A stretch of DNA of 64,000 nt from a virus (lineage: Duplodnaviria > Caudoviricetes). Both the position numbers and the translations under genes were made by a program. This document shows, piece after piece, positions 54,714-63,970 of the stretch (its first letter is position 1; each line of letters starts with the position of its first letter). The notes under the pieces were generated by a model, which was given only the letters and a program-made list of their open reading frames with translations, was not told the DNA's origin and did not search any database. Location: IMG/VR virus record IMGVR_UViG_3300031851_000001; one strand, written 5' to 3'.

Positions 54714-56425
54714 AGAGAGTTATTTTCACAACATATGACGATATAAAAAAAGAGAACGACCAGTGGGGAATGAATTATTACGCTACTGAGTCTATTAATG
54801 AATATTTTGATAGGTTAATCTCAAACAAAGAAGAGTATGCCAACAGTCTAATCAATGTTGAGTTTAAGTTTTATCACAATACGATGAAAGACTTTAATGT
54901 TGACACTGAACTAGAGTTTACAAAGGCTAATATATACAAACACCATATTATGGCAGAGTTAGCTGAAGAGTTTGACGAAGTTATGTATGTAGATATGGAT
55001 GTTGTTTTCAATACGGAAAAGAACGTGTTTGATGAATTGGATTTGAGTAAAGGCATTCACATCCAAGTACAGACACACGAAGTTACAAGCAAGGACATTG
55101 AAGGTGTTATGTTTGAAAATATCGGAAACCGTTCTCCTACATTGAAATACCACATCACAAAAGATTTATTAAATGGTAAAGATAACCACGTAATGAATAC
55201 TGGTATTATGATCGCCAAGTCTGAGCATATCAAGAAAATTAAATACATTGAAAGACTTCCTAGCATCATAAAAAGAATACAAGATATGCGAGTTTCTGGA
55301 GTAAGCAATGATGAATACAAATTTCTTAGAATGTATTACTACCCAAACAACGAAAGCATTTTTTCGTATATCATGGAAAGTACAGACATTCCTTATGAGA
55401 TTATGGATGAGAGATGGCACAAGATCATCAAAGATACCCCGCAACCATTGGATTGGGATAACATTGAGATTGCGCATTTCATAGGTAAAAAGTTTAGCAC
55501 GTTCTTCCAAGATAAGACAAAGTTAATATATTCTATTTACATTGAAATACCCGATGAACACTTAGATAATCCAAGAGGACCTAAAGACGATCCTGTAAAC
55601 AAAAGCAAGCGAACTAAAGAAAGGCTGGCTGCATATAAAGATAAGCTGTACGACAACCATCTTGAATATGCACATGCTCAAAAGGCAACTTATATTCACT
55701 TTGGCAGAGATGATAGATACGAAAAGTTTCGTGCTAGGTTTCCCGATTTGTCAGAATATGATATAATCAATTTATATAAGGTATATCTTTTAGATTACAT
55801 GACGCACTATTATGATTTAGTATTGTACGTGGACTTTGATGTTTGGTTTGATAAATTCGAAGTTAACACCTTTGATTGGTTAATGGGTGAGCATCTGCTT
55901 TGTTGTGATGCAGCTAACGCTGAAAATTCTGGCGTAAAACTTTGGGATGCATTATATCTTAAAAACTATGATAAAGACTTTAGGTCACCAGAAGCCAAGT
56001 ATTGGAACTGCCATGCAATGTTATCTGAAGAAGATGTTGAGCCTGACAATTATGTTTTCAATACAGGTATTATGATGGCAAGTAAAAAGGTTATGGAACA
56101 GTTAGATTACTTTTCTGATATAGATGAAACCCTTGCTATGATGAAAGAACTAAAGGAAGACTCCATATATCCACCACAAGTGCAAGAATCATTTGGGTAC
56201 GACAATGAAACAATCATGGCGTACAAAGTTAAAATGAATAATGTGTTTGTGCAAAGATTATCTCAGACGTGGCATCTTAAACATATGAGCGAAAAAATTC
56301 AAGCGTTTGATAAAAATACAAATGAATATGAAATTAGTAAACAAAAACTAAAAGCAGAAATGGCTGAACACAATACAGTAATGGTTCACATGATTTCTAA
56401 GAACTTTGGATTACTGGTCGAGTAA
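54683..56425 (+). CDS. Tandem two-domain GT-A glycosyltransferase
   Basis: Duplicated YVDMDV/YVDFDV, NTGIM and Y.NE motifs. Confidence 0.8.
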   Translation: MHTLYGDRRMKRVIFTTYDDIKKENDQWGMNYYATESINEYFDRLISNKEEYANSLINVEFKFYHNTMKDFNVDTELEFTKANIYKHHIMAELAEEFDEVMYVDMDVVFNTEKNVFDELDLSKGIHIQVQTHEVTSKDIEGVMFENIGNRSPTLKYHITKDLLNGKDNHVMNTGIMIAKSEHIKKIKYIERLPSIIKRIQDMRVSGVSNDEYKFLRMYYYPNNESIFSYIMESTDIPYEIMDERWHKIIKDTPQPLDWDNIEIAHFIGKKFSTFFQDKTKLIYSIYIEIPDEHLDNPRGPKDDPVNKSKRTKERLAAYKDKLYDNHLEYAHAQKATYIHFGRDDRYEKFRARFPDLSEYDIINLYKVYLLDYMTHYYDLVLYVDFDVWFDKFEVNTFDWLMGEHLLCCDAANAENSGVKLWDALYLKNYDKDFRSPEAKYWNCHAMLSEEDVEPDNYVFNTGIMMASKKVMEQLDYFSDIDETLAMMKELKEDSIYPPQVQESFGYDNETIMAYKVKMNNVFVQRLSQTWHLKHMSEKIQAFDKNTNEYEISKQKLKAEMAEHNTVMVHMISKNFGLLVE

Positions 56426-57269
56426 GTGGACTCCAAGGAGTATAATGTCCTTTTATACTATTCTTATAACTATCATCCTGCTTCATAAGATGTAATGTTA
56501 AACCAATCTTAGAACCCTCAAATTCGGTTGGCGCATGCAGCACTGATGTATCTTGTACGATTGCATGGCAATGTTCCCACGGAAATATATTTTCAATACT
56601 TAACCCATCGTATACAGATAAAGGAATATGTTTAGGCATGATTTCTTTCAACTTATGTACGTCTCTATTACCAACATCAATATTATCCACTCCATAATAT
56701 GAGTAGTTCATATGCTTAATCACGTTATGGTAATTTGCAAAGGAAGCTATTTCCCTTCCCTTCATAAACATAGTTGCATGTCCACGATACCTTTGATGGA
56801 ACGTTACATAAGTGCCGGGACCATTAATTTCTAGTGGTATAATAATATCTTTGTATGGTCTGTAACCATCTAAGTGCGTAACGGCGTCGGTATGTAAACC
56901 ATATGGCTTTACAGCTTTAAACATTTGATCGCCAACACTCATAGGATCATCGCCAGCTATATCCGAATAGAATATTGTATCCTCACCAAACTCTTCATAT
57001 ATTTTTGGTCTGATAATATCTGATATTTCTTTGATAAGCATTGGATATACTATTCTATAAATATGTTCGTTAATTATTTCGCCATTTGTATTAAAGTGGT
57101 AATCCCATGCACATAGTAATTGTTCTCTTTCCGTGTCTGTTATGAAATCATGAATTACATAGGAAGGCTCGTTTTGATCTTTGAACATCTTAACGTTTGG
57201 GTTATGTATAATGTCCATAGTTCTGAGTTCATCATCAGAAAAAGGTCTATCAGTTCTGTATATATTCAT
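56397..57269 (-). CDS. 2OG-Fe(II) oxygenase-like
   Basis: LHTD...LHAP. Confidence 0.65.
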   Translation of the reverse strand: MNIYRTDRPFSDDELRTMDIIHNPNVKMFKDQNEPSYVIHDFITDTEREQLLCAWDYHFNTNGEIINEHIYRIVYPMLIKEISDIIRPKIYEEFGEDTIFYSDIAGDDPMSVGDQMFKAVKPYGLHTDAVTHLDGYRPYKDIIIPLEINGPGTYVTFHQRYRGHATMFMKGREIASFANYHNVIKHMNYSYYGVDNIDVGNRDVHKLKEIMPKHIPLSVYDGLSIENIFPWEHCHAIVQDTSVLHAPTEFEGSKIGLTLHLMKQDDSYKNSIKGHYTPWSPLTRPVIQSS

Positions 57270-57729
57270 TAGGTATTGCCTCTATTACTTCTTGCCAAGT
57301 TTCTCTCATTACAAATTTCATCTGCAGCCTTTCATACGGTACTGGGTCAACCCAATGTCTTATATCGCCATTGTTAATTGCCATTGCTTCGTAAGGTACG
57401 TTGCCTACACCTTCAATACCTATAACTGGCGTTTGATCCATTAAGTTTATTTGTATAGATGTAACATGATCTTCATCATAGTGTATAGGTATGTCGTTAT
57501 TAGTTTCTAACCAATAAAACCTTGGTCTATTATCAAACTGTTGAATATTCAAAGCCTCTGCTACTTCATTTATATTAGGGTCCTCACCTTGTTGCGGATA
57601 AGTCTGCCACCATTTATCTACTTGGTCAAACTGTTTCCACTGATACCAGCGTCCGGTATTTCGCCATGCCTCTGCTACTTCTCTAAAGCGCGGTTTATCT
57701 ATTTTAAAGTTAAGATGTAGTAAATTCAT
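57250..57729 (-). CDS. 2OG-Fe(II) oxygenase-like
   Basis: IHYD...RHWV..ER. Confidence 0.7.
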   Translation of the reverse strand: MNLLHLNFKIDKPRFREVAEAWRNTGRWYQWKQFDQVDKWWQTYPQQGEDPNINEVAEALNIQQFDNRPRFYWLETNNDIPIHYDEDHVTSIQINLMDQTPVIGIEGVGNVPYEAMAINNGDIRHWVDPVPYERLQMKFVMRETWQEVIEAIPNEYIQN

Positions 57730-58153
57730 ATTCAGATAATTCGTTAAAAATTTCTATTGCTTCATTAATTGGTTCTTGGAATGATATATTGATACTATAC
57801 CTAGTATGTTCGTTATTAAATACAGCATGCCTAGATTGAGTATTCAACAACATTACACCACTAAACGTTTCATCCTCAAAAGAGCAGGGTGCATAATGGC
57901 CAGATAGCGGATAGCTTAGTGCAGCGTTTCGTTTACCATCAACATGCCAATCCATAACGTCGTGTGGTTCTAACTTTATGAGTGCAACATTACGATTTGC
58001 AAATTTTAATCCTGTTTGATAATAATACATTCCCATACGATTACCTGATACTGTGGATTGATATGGTGTCCACTCTTTAACACTTTCAGCCATGTTTAAA
58101 AAATCGTTGTGACGCTCTTCCGATAAAAACCGTGGCAATTCATAATAATTCAT
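57710..58153 (-). CDS. 2OG-Fe(II) oxygenase-like
   Basis: WHVD...RHAVFN..TR. Confidence 0.7.
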   Translation of the reverse strand: MNYYELPRFLSEERHNDFLNMAESVKEWTPYQSTVSGNRMGMYYYQTGLKFANRNVALIKLEPHDVMDWHVDGKRNAALSYPLSGHYAPCSFEDETFSGVMLLNTQSRHAVFNNEHTRYSINISFQEPINEAIEIFNELSEYEFTTS

Positions 58154-58869
58154 TTGTAAAATCCTTTAAATATTCTAAATATTTCTTGGTGACCTTTTGC
58201 ATTAGGGTGTCTATCTTGTTTGCTAATCATACAATCCCCTTGCATTAATTCTTCAAAACAACAACCGCCATATTGCCAGTGAAAAGGCCAACCAAACATA
58301 TTGCCTTTTCTCTTGTGTATCATATTAAAGTAATTAGAGTCTAACATATCATATACATCTTTGTTTTCAACAAGTGGATATATCATTTGAAACACAATAA
58401 GTTCTATATTTTTGTGTGAACATAAATCCATTAATACATATAATTGAAATAGAGTTTCTTCTACAAGGCATTTTTTAGTATTATCATCAAATGGAATAAT
58501 ATTAAAATAATCGTCGTGTCTATTTGTCCATTTTTGATGTTTGGCTTTTTGTTCTTCAGACACGTCATTATCCCATACAACATTTTTGTTTGTGTTTGGA
58601 TTAAAACGATTGTCACCGGGAGTAGAAAATCTATACCACTGAGATAAGGCTATAATACATCTAGTAGTATTACATGTATATATTTGTTTTATTGCTCTCT
58701 TTATTATTTCTACATTACCGAGAGCATCTCCATAAACGTTAACAACGTCCCAGTCATAATAATCTTGTAATAACTCATCCCACTTTGGATATGATGTGTC
58801 GTAGCTGGGGTGGATCCTTGGAAAATAATTTCTGTTAGACCAACTGCAGCCAGACAGTATTGTTTTCAT
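58150..58869 (-). CDS. SGNH/GDSL hydrolase or acyltransferase-like
   Basis: SGCSWS, GN, DRHPN..GH. Confidence 0.7.
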   Translation of the reverse strand: MKTILSGCSWSNRNYFPRIHPSYDTSYPKWDELLQDYYDWDVVNVYGDALGNVEIIKRAIKQIYTCNTTRCIIALSQWYRFSTPGDNRFNPNTNKNVVWDNDVSEEQKAKHQKWTNRHDDYFNIIPFDDNTKKCLVEETLFQLYVLMDLCSHKNIELIVFQMIYPLVENKDVYDMLDSNYFNMIHKRKGNMFGWPFHWQYGGCCFEELMQGDCMISKQDRHPNAKGHQEIFRIFKGFYK

Positions 58870-59360
58870 AACATAGTGCCGACGATATGAGTTCGAGATG
58901 ATGTAGAAGCATTAACAAATGTGTGAATGTTTGTTGTGTCTACCTCATAAACACTGCCATCTGCCGGCAGCCTAAAGATTTCATCGTTCATAACAAAGAA
59001 GTTATTATCGTTGGTTTCAATTGGTATATGTATTCTTTTAGTAAAGTCTTTGTGATAAGTATAACATGTTTTACCATTCAATATCATAACCCTACTATAT
59101 GCCAGATTGTATTTTCCTAACAAAGAGTTGATATATGGCAATGCAAAATGAAACTCAACCAAGTCTTTGGCTGTTACTTTCGTTTGTCTTTCCCAAGCGT
59201 TAGTTTGGTTTGTTGCAGGTACTATATGTTTAAATACACTATCTTCAACACGTTCACCTTGAAGTGCGTAAGTCGTTTCATGGTGAATAAGAGATAACTC
59301 ACTCTTAATTTTTTCGAGATCAACTGTATCAATTACTCTATAATAAGATTGTCTATCCAT
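58866..59360 (-). CDS. Asp/Asn beta-hydroxylase-like 2OG-Fe(II) oxygenase
   Basis: YHKD, RIHIPI, HTFVN...RTHIV. Confidence 0.8.
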   Translation of the reverse strand: MDRQSYYRVIDTVDLEKIKSELSLIHHETTYALQGERVEDSVFKHIVPATNQTNAWERQTKVTAKDLVEFHFALPYINSLLGKYNLAYSRVMILNGKTCYTYHKDFTKRIHIPIETNDNNFFVMNDEIFRLPADGSVYEVDTTNIHTFVNASTSSRTHIVGTML

Positions 59361-59797
59361 GCTTGTTCGCTCACTGTAAAATCATTTGGATGGTTAATTG
59401 TTATAGCGGTTTGTGTACCCGTAATTCCAGAAACGGAATTTTTAACGTGCGAGTCAATAAGATACCATTCTCCTGCTACCGCTGTAATAGAAGACGTAAC
59501 ATTATCGTCAGCATCGTGAGCATGTAATATTGTGCCTACAGGATCAATAATATATAATATTCTCCAACGCGACTCCGTTGTAAAAATTCTACTATTTTTA
59601 GTCGAGTCTGACTCCTGATAACGAGTGTGTGAGTTATTTAAAATCTCTTCTAATATTTGTTCGTCTACTAAAGTTGATGTTGCGTCTGCAAGAGTCCAAG
59701 CAGTGTAATTGATAATTGAACTATCGTATTCAATTTCTAGTGCGTTGTGGATTGGCGAAGGCATTGTCAACTGTGGTAAGTTTAGTTTTTTAATCAT
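59333..59797 (-). CDS. Degenerate 2OG-Fe(II)/cupin protein
   Basis: HAHD, GEWYLIDSH..NSV. Confidence 0.5.
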   Translation of the reverse strand: MIKKLNLPQLTMPSPIHNALEIEYDSSIINYTAWTLADATSTLVDEQILEEILNNSHTRYQESDSTKNSRIFTTESRWRILYIIDPVGTILHAHDADDNVTSSITAVAGEWYLIDSHVKNSVSGITGTQTAITINHPNDFTVSEQAWIDNLIIE

Positions 59798-60321
59798 TTT
59801 AGTTCTCCGAATGGAATGTCGTGTATCCCCATATGAAAGACGATACGTTCCTTTGTTGGCGATTTTACACCATGTGGTTTTTTTGTATTAAGTACAGTCA
59901 TAGTGTCATATACTATGGAGTCTCTTGTATTCCCATCATCAACATATAATTCGCCAGTATTTTCAGTTACAGGTATCAGTACTGAGCAATGGCTCTTAAC
60001 ATCAACATGAACTGGCAACTCTCCACCTTCTAATACTCTAAAAAAGTTGCAGCGGAATTCTTGTGGTCTTATTTCAAATGTATTCCATATTTTTTTAATC
60101 AACCTAAGAAGTGGTCTATTAAAATTGTGTATCTCTTGGACAAAGAACTTATTCATTTCTTTACCACCTGTTGCATCACTAACATATTCTGAATATAGTT
60201 TATTACTATCAGTCCATTCGCCAGTTATATAATTTTCCCAAAAAATTGGGTCAACCTTATAATCAGTTTTTATAAACGAATCATTTATCCATGTTTTATC
60301 CATGTAAATCTTCCTGACCAT
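59794..60321 (-). CDS. 2OG-Fe(II) oxygenase-like
   Basis: VHVD...PHGV...ERIVF. Confidence 0.75.
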   Translation of the reverse strand: MVRKIYMDKTWINDSFIKTDYKVDPIFWENYITGEWTDSNKLYSEYVSDATGGKEMNKFFVQEIHNFNRPLLRLIKKIWNTFEIRPQEFRCNFFRVLEGGELPVHVDVKSHCSVLIPVTENTGELYVDDGNTRDSIVYDTMTVLNTKKPHGVKSPTKERIVFHMGIHDIPFGELK

Positions 60322-61099
60322 TAACTGATATAATAATATGTGACCGTGTAGTCGTACCTTTGTTCCAAGCCGAATGCCTCATGCCTTGATTTAAAAACCA
60401 TAGTGATCCCGGTTCCATAGTCTGATTTATTTTGCTCCCATCTTTATCTATACAATAAAATCCACAATCATCATTTGTTGTAATCGGAATATGAAACCGA
60501 ATAGAATAATCGGTATTGTAGTCGATATGCTCGGCAACGTAAGCACCCGGCTCCATAATAGCAATTCTTGCTCGTGTAACTTCGCCTTTAAATGTTTTAA
60601 GTATTTCTTCTAGGTAAGTACCCTTTACCCAGTCTTTCATTAAGTTATAGTGTCTTTCGTCAAGTCTGCTTTTAGGTATTTTCTTTTCATAGATCCGATC
60701 TTCTTCATCTGGGTTATATTTAGTCAAAGCAATTTGTTTATATGGCGATCCATTAACTTCAAATTTGCCCTTGCCATCTTCTACAATATAATCTTCAAAT
60801 GGCTTTACATAGTTTCTAAAATCCCAAGCCATACGCTTGCCGCCTAAACCATTACGGAACTCAGACTCTTTTACATCGTTATCTTGTAAGAATTGATAAG
60901 CATCTTCAATCGTATCAAATTTTAAACCAAAAGCTTTTTGTAACTTTGCAGTTTTTCCACCAACCAAATCTCCATAGCCATCTTTTTCTTTTAGATCGTC
61001 ATTTTCTGGTGGCATATTACGAACAACTTCAATGATTTTGTTTACATCAAAATGTGCGTCAAGTTTTTGAAACGGTGGCAGCTCATATCTGGTTTTCAT
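60296..61099 (-). CDS. Asp/Asn beta-hydroxylase-like 2OG-Fe(II) oxygenase
   Basis: EHID, RFHIPI, RHSAWNKG..RSHII. Confidence 0.8.
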   Translation of the reverse strand: MKTRYELPPFQKLDAHFDVNKIIEVVRNMPPENDDLKEKDGYGDLVGGKTAKLQKAFGLKFDTIEDAYQFLQDNDVKESEFRNGLGGKRMAWDFRNYVKPFEDYIVEDGKGKFEVNGSPYKQIALTKYNPDEEDRIYEKKIPKSRLDERHYNLMKDWVKGTYLEEILKTFKGEVTRARIAIMEPGAYVAEHIDYNTDYSIRFHIPITTNDDCGFYCIDKDGSKINQTMEPGSLWFLNQGMRHSAWNKGTTTRSHIIISVNGQEDLHG

Positions 61100-61623
61100 A
61101 ATTTTGTATATCCTTTATATTGTAAACATCCATGACCGTCACAAACCGGTACTTTTTTGTCATGCATATTCCATATTGTATCTGTTGCCATTGCCACTTT
61201 ATTTATAAACTCTCGCAGCATTCTGGGGTTCTTTTCTCTACTTATAAATGCTGAGGTATATCCGAGTTCTTTTGCAAACTTCAATTGGTCTTTGACGGTA
61301 GATATAATATGGCTTCTTGCTAATTCTCTACCGATACGACGCAATTCTTGGTTTTCCCAATAACGATTTAATATTCTAACCTCACCCTTTTCATAATATT
61401 CAGGTCTATGCCATATAGAACTAAATCCTACTATGTCGTCACCATTTTGTAATATAGAAACACAATCAAACTGAAACCAGTCTAAACCATCATAATTAAC
61501 GTGGTCATAAACTGTTTCTGATAATTGCTTTATAATGTCTGGCCTATCCTCTGGAAAAAAGCTAGTGACACTACATTCTGAGTTCAGCAATGTCATTCCA
61601 AAACTCTTTCTTTTTCTTACCAT
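61096..61623 (-). CDS. Hypothetical, possible GNAT-fold protein
   Basis: IVGFSSI, RILNRYW, AKELGY..AFISR. Confidence 0.45.
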   Translation of the reverse strand: MVRKRKSFGMTLLNSECSVTSFFPEDRPDIIKQLSETVYDHVNYDGLDWFQFDCVSILQNGDDIVGFSSIWHRPEYYEKGEVRILNRYWENQELRRIGRELARSHIISTVKDQLKFAKELGYTSAFISREKNPRMLREFINKVAMATDTIWNMHDKKVPVCDGHGCLQYKGYTKL

Positions 61624-62173
61624 GAATTAATAAATGTAATCTGTCTTCGTCAGAATTATTTTCAACCATATGTGGGTAGTGAATGTTTAAAACAAACGAT
61701 GAACCGGGATGATATGGTATTTCCTCGCCGTCCATAACAAACTTACTTCCCTTTGGATATGTAATAGATATATTAAGAGGATCCAGCCAGTTATGTTCTG
61801 GCACATCGATATGTTCAGCAATATAACCACCAGATTTTATAACAAGATATCTGACATCATCTATTCGAGCATATGGTAATGAATTAACAAAATCCATAGT
61901 TGCAGGACATTGCTTTCCAATTTCAGTAATATCCTTTTTAACTTTACGTCCATATTCCCAATGACTATTTGTATTATCAGAAGCAGTGCCGTATAATGTC
62001 ATAGCAAACCAATCCTTATGACCATCCTCTGGTCTATGGATAACTAATGAGTCTTTGACTAATTTATATTCTTTTTCTATATCAGAGCAAGGAACATTAA
62101 AGTTCATCTTTACCCAATGTGCGTCGCTACTTCTTTGCATGATGATCACTGTGGTTTCCTTCAAGTGGAGCAA
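61571..62173 (-). CDS. Asp/Asn beta-hydroxylase-like 2OG-Fe(II) oxygenase
   Basis: EHID, PHMVEN...RLHLLIH. Confidence 0.8.
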   Translation of the reverse strand: MLHLKETTVIIMQRSSDAHWVKMNFNVPCSDIEKEYKLVKDSLVIHRPEDGHKDWFAMTLYGTASDNTNSHWEYGRKVKKDITEIGKQCPATMDFVNSLPYARIDDVRYLVIKSGGYIAEHIDVPEHNWLDPLNISITYPKGSKFVMDGEEIPYHPGSSFVLNIHYPHMVENNSDEDRLHLLIHGKKKKEFWNDIAELRM

Positions 62174-62693
62174 AAAGATTTATCCACCATTTATTAGCAG
62201 CGCCGTCGTCGTCATGGGCTACCAAATTAAGTAATCCGTAAAACATAAATGATGTTGGTAATAATAACAATAAATGCGCAAGAAATATTGGATTTATATA
62301 AAATGCTACAATATAAGTTATAACGAAAACATATAATTTGTTCTTGTGGAAAAACATAACTCTTGGATTATTATAAAGGTCCTTTACAAACTTTCTTGGT
62401 ATATGCTTTACTTTATAAGCCGAAAACAATACTTCATACCATTTTTTATATTTTGGACTATGTGGGTCTAACTCAGTATCAGCATATGCGTGATGCATAC
62501 GATGAACGCCTGCCCAACTTAATGGCGAACATGCGCTAGCCATAGTACCTAAGTAAATTATTATTGTTTCTAATATTGGGTGCAGTTTTATTTGCTTATG
62601 TGATATGCATCTATGATACCCTATCGTCAACCCGACAGCAGCTACTACCCAATAAAATATATAAAAGTGGACTAAAAACATAATTATCCTCAA
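62127..62693 (-). CDS. Membrane acyl (delta-9-like) fatty acid desaturase
   Basis: His boxes GYHRCISH, HRMHH, HSDHH; DLDPHSP-like ELDPHSP. Confidence 0.85.
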   Translation of the reverse strand: MRIIMFLVHFYIFYWVVAAVGLTIGYHRCISHKQIKLHPILETIIIYLGTMASACSPLSWAGVHRMHHAYADTELDPHSPKYKKWYEVLFSAYKVKHIPRKFVKDLYNNPRVMFFHKNKLYVFVITYIVAFYINPIFLAHLLLLLPTSFMFYGLLNLVAHDDDGAANKWWINLFAPLEGNHSDHHAKK

Positions 62694-62708
62694 AAACCTT
62701 CATGTAGT

Positions 62709-62716
62709 TATTTATA
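62709..62716 (-). promoter_or_regulatory. Late promoter of desaturase/oxygenase operon
   Basis: TATAAATA on minus strand. Confidence 0.7.
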
Positions 62717-62720
62717 TCTA

Positions 62721-62861
62721 TTGACATTGTTTGAAAACCGTATATAATAGATTTATCTACTAAACAATAATAATAGTTGTTATAATGGCTGTAACAAAAT
62801 AGTAACAGTATTTTTATTAAAATGGAAATCTATTGACATTTTAGCTCTACTGTATTATATA
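62721..62861 (+). promoter_or_regulatory. Tandem sigma70 promoters for tmRNA/porin
   Basis: TTGACA at 62721 and 62833, each followed by a TATAAT-like -10. Confidence 0.65.
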
Positions 62862-62865
62862 TAAC

Positions 62866-63150
62866 TAGTGAACGTTGAAATGACGTGAATACGGATCGGA
62901 CCTCGGGGCAGTACCGAGCATCTCCACCAAATTTACTCTGTAGGGTAAAAACTGATAATTTACTTTGTAGAGTAAATTTGATGGGGATGAACAAGGATCG
63001 ACGGACGGAATAGCTTAATGGAGTTCATCGGGTGATCGCGTATAGATCAATTAAACTAAATGCAAATGAAAATTTCGCACCATCTGGATTTGCTCTAGCA
63101 GCATAATCACAGGGGGGTTGTCCACTTACCTAGCAACAGAAAAGTGGTAC
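62866..63150 (+). ncRNA. ssrA: Circularly permuted (two-piece) tmRNA
   Basis: Acceptor piece ends CTCGG-GGCAGTA-CCGAG-CATCTCC-ACCA (62929). Coding piece starts GGGGATG (62983) with G3-U70. Tag 63062-63106 reads ANENFAPSGFALAA*. Confidence 0.93.
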
Positions 63151-63181
63151 TTAATAAAACTATTACAAGGAAAAAGGTAAC

Positions 63182-63970
63182 ATGGGTAAATTCTTATTAA
63201 CAACGGCACTAACTTTGGTAGCCGGTGCAGCGATTGCACAGGAAGTAACCGAAGCACCAGTAGGATTAACTGGTAAAATTGAAACAGTAATTGCTGAAGG
63301 TGCTGGTGGAGATTGGGGTGCAACGTCATCTTTTGATCTTGGCGTATCTGCAGGATCTGGCTTAGCATCAGGTTCTATGTCTTTCGTCGTTGACTCAAAT
63401 AACGATTTGGCTTTAGACGAATATTCAATCGGTACATCAATCGGTGGAACTGAATTGTCATTTGGAGACCAAGGCAATATTTGGATTGACACAGAAAACG
63501 GTTCTTCTATTGAAGAAGCAAAGATTGCTGATGAAAGCATTCAAGCAACTATCGCAGGTGTATCAGTAGCAGCCGGCTTAAACATGGATGATTTAACTGA
63601 CATTCAAAACGTACAAGCTGGTTACGGTATTCCATTAGGAATTGCTAACATCAACGCAGTAGGTGACTATAACCTAAACAGTGAATCATGGATTGTAGCA
63701 GGTCGCGCAGACACAGACGGTATGTTGGAAAATGTACGTATCGGTGGTGCAGTATCATACGGTTCAATTTCAGAAAAACTTGGCTTTGAAGCTGACGCTA
63801 CAGTAGGACCATTAACTGGTTATATTGGCGGTGACCAAGATGATCTAATGAAAGATGCAGGCGTTAATGGTGAAGTTGCTGTTGCAGGTATCGATGTAGA
63901 AACTAAATTGAACTATAACTTTGACAGTGAAGAATTAACACCATCAGTTGGTTTAAGTTTCAACTTCTAA
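63182..63970 (+). CDS. Outer-membrane porin-like beta-barrel
   Basis: Signal peptide (AAIA), alternating amphipathic strands, C-terminal VGLSFNF. Confidence 0.8.
   Translation: MGKFLLTTALTLVAGAAIAQEVTEAPVGLTGKIETVIAEGAGGDWGATSSFDLGVSAGSGLASGSMSFVVDSNNDLALDEYSIGTSIGGTELSFGDQGNIWIDTENGSSIEEAKIADESIQATIAGVSVAAGLNMDDLTDIQNVQAGYGIPLGIANINAVGDYNLNSESWIVAGRADTDGMLENVRIGGAVSYGSISEKLGFEADATVGPLTGYIGGDQDDLMKDAGVNGEVAVAGIDVETKLNYNFDSEELTPSVGLSFNF

Noticed and set aside
591-63540. Many short antisense or nested ORFs in the track (e.g. 591-815, 2831-3223, 4303-4590, 23670-24002, 32482-33291, 63163-63540)
   Set aside because: They lie opposite well-supported genes, lack SDs and motifs, and have shadow-frame composition.
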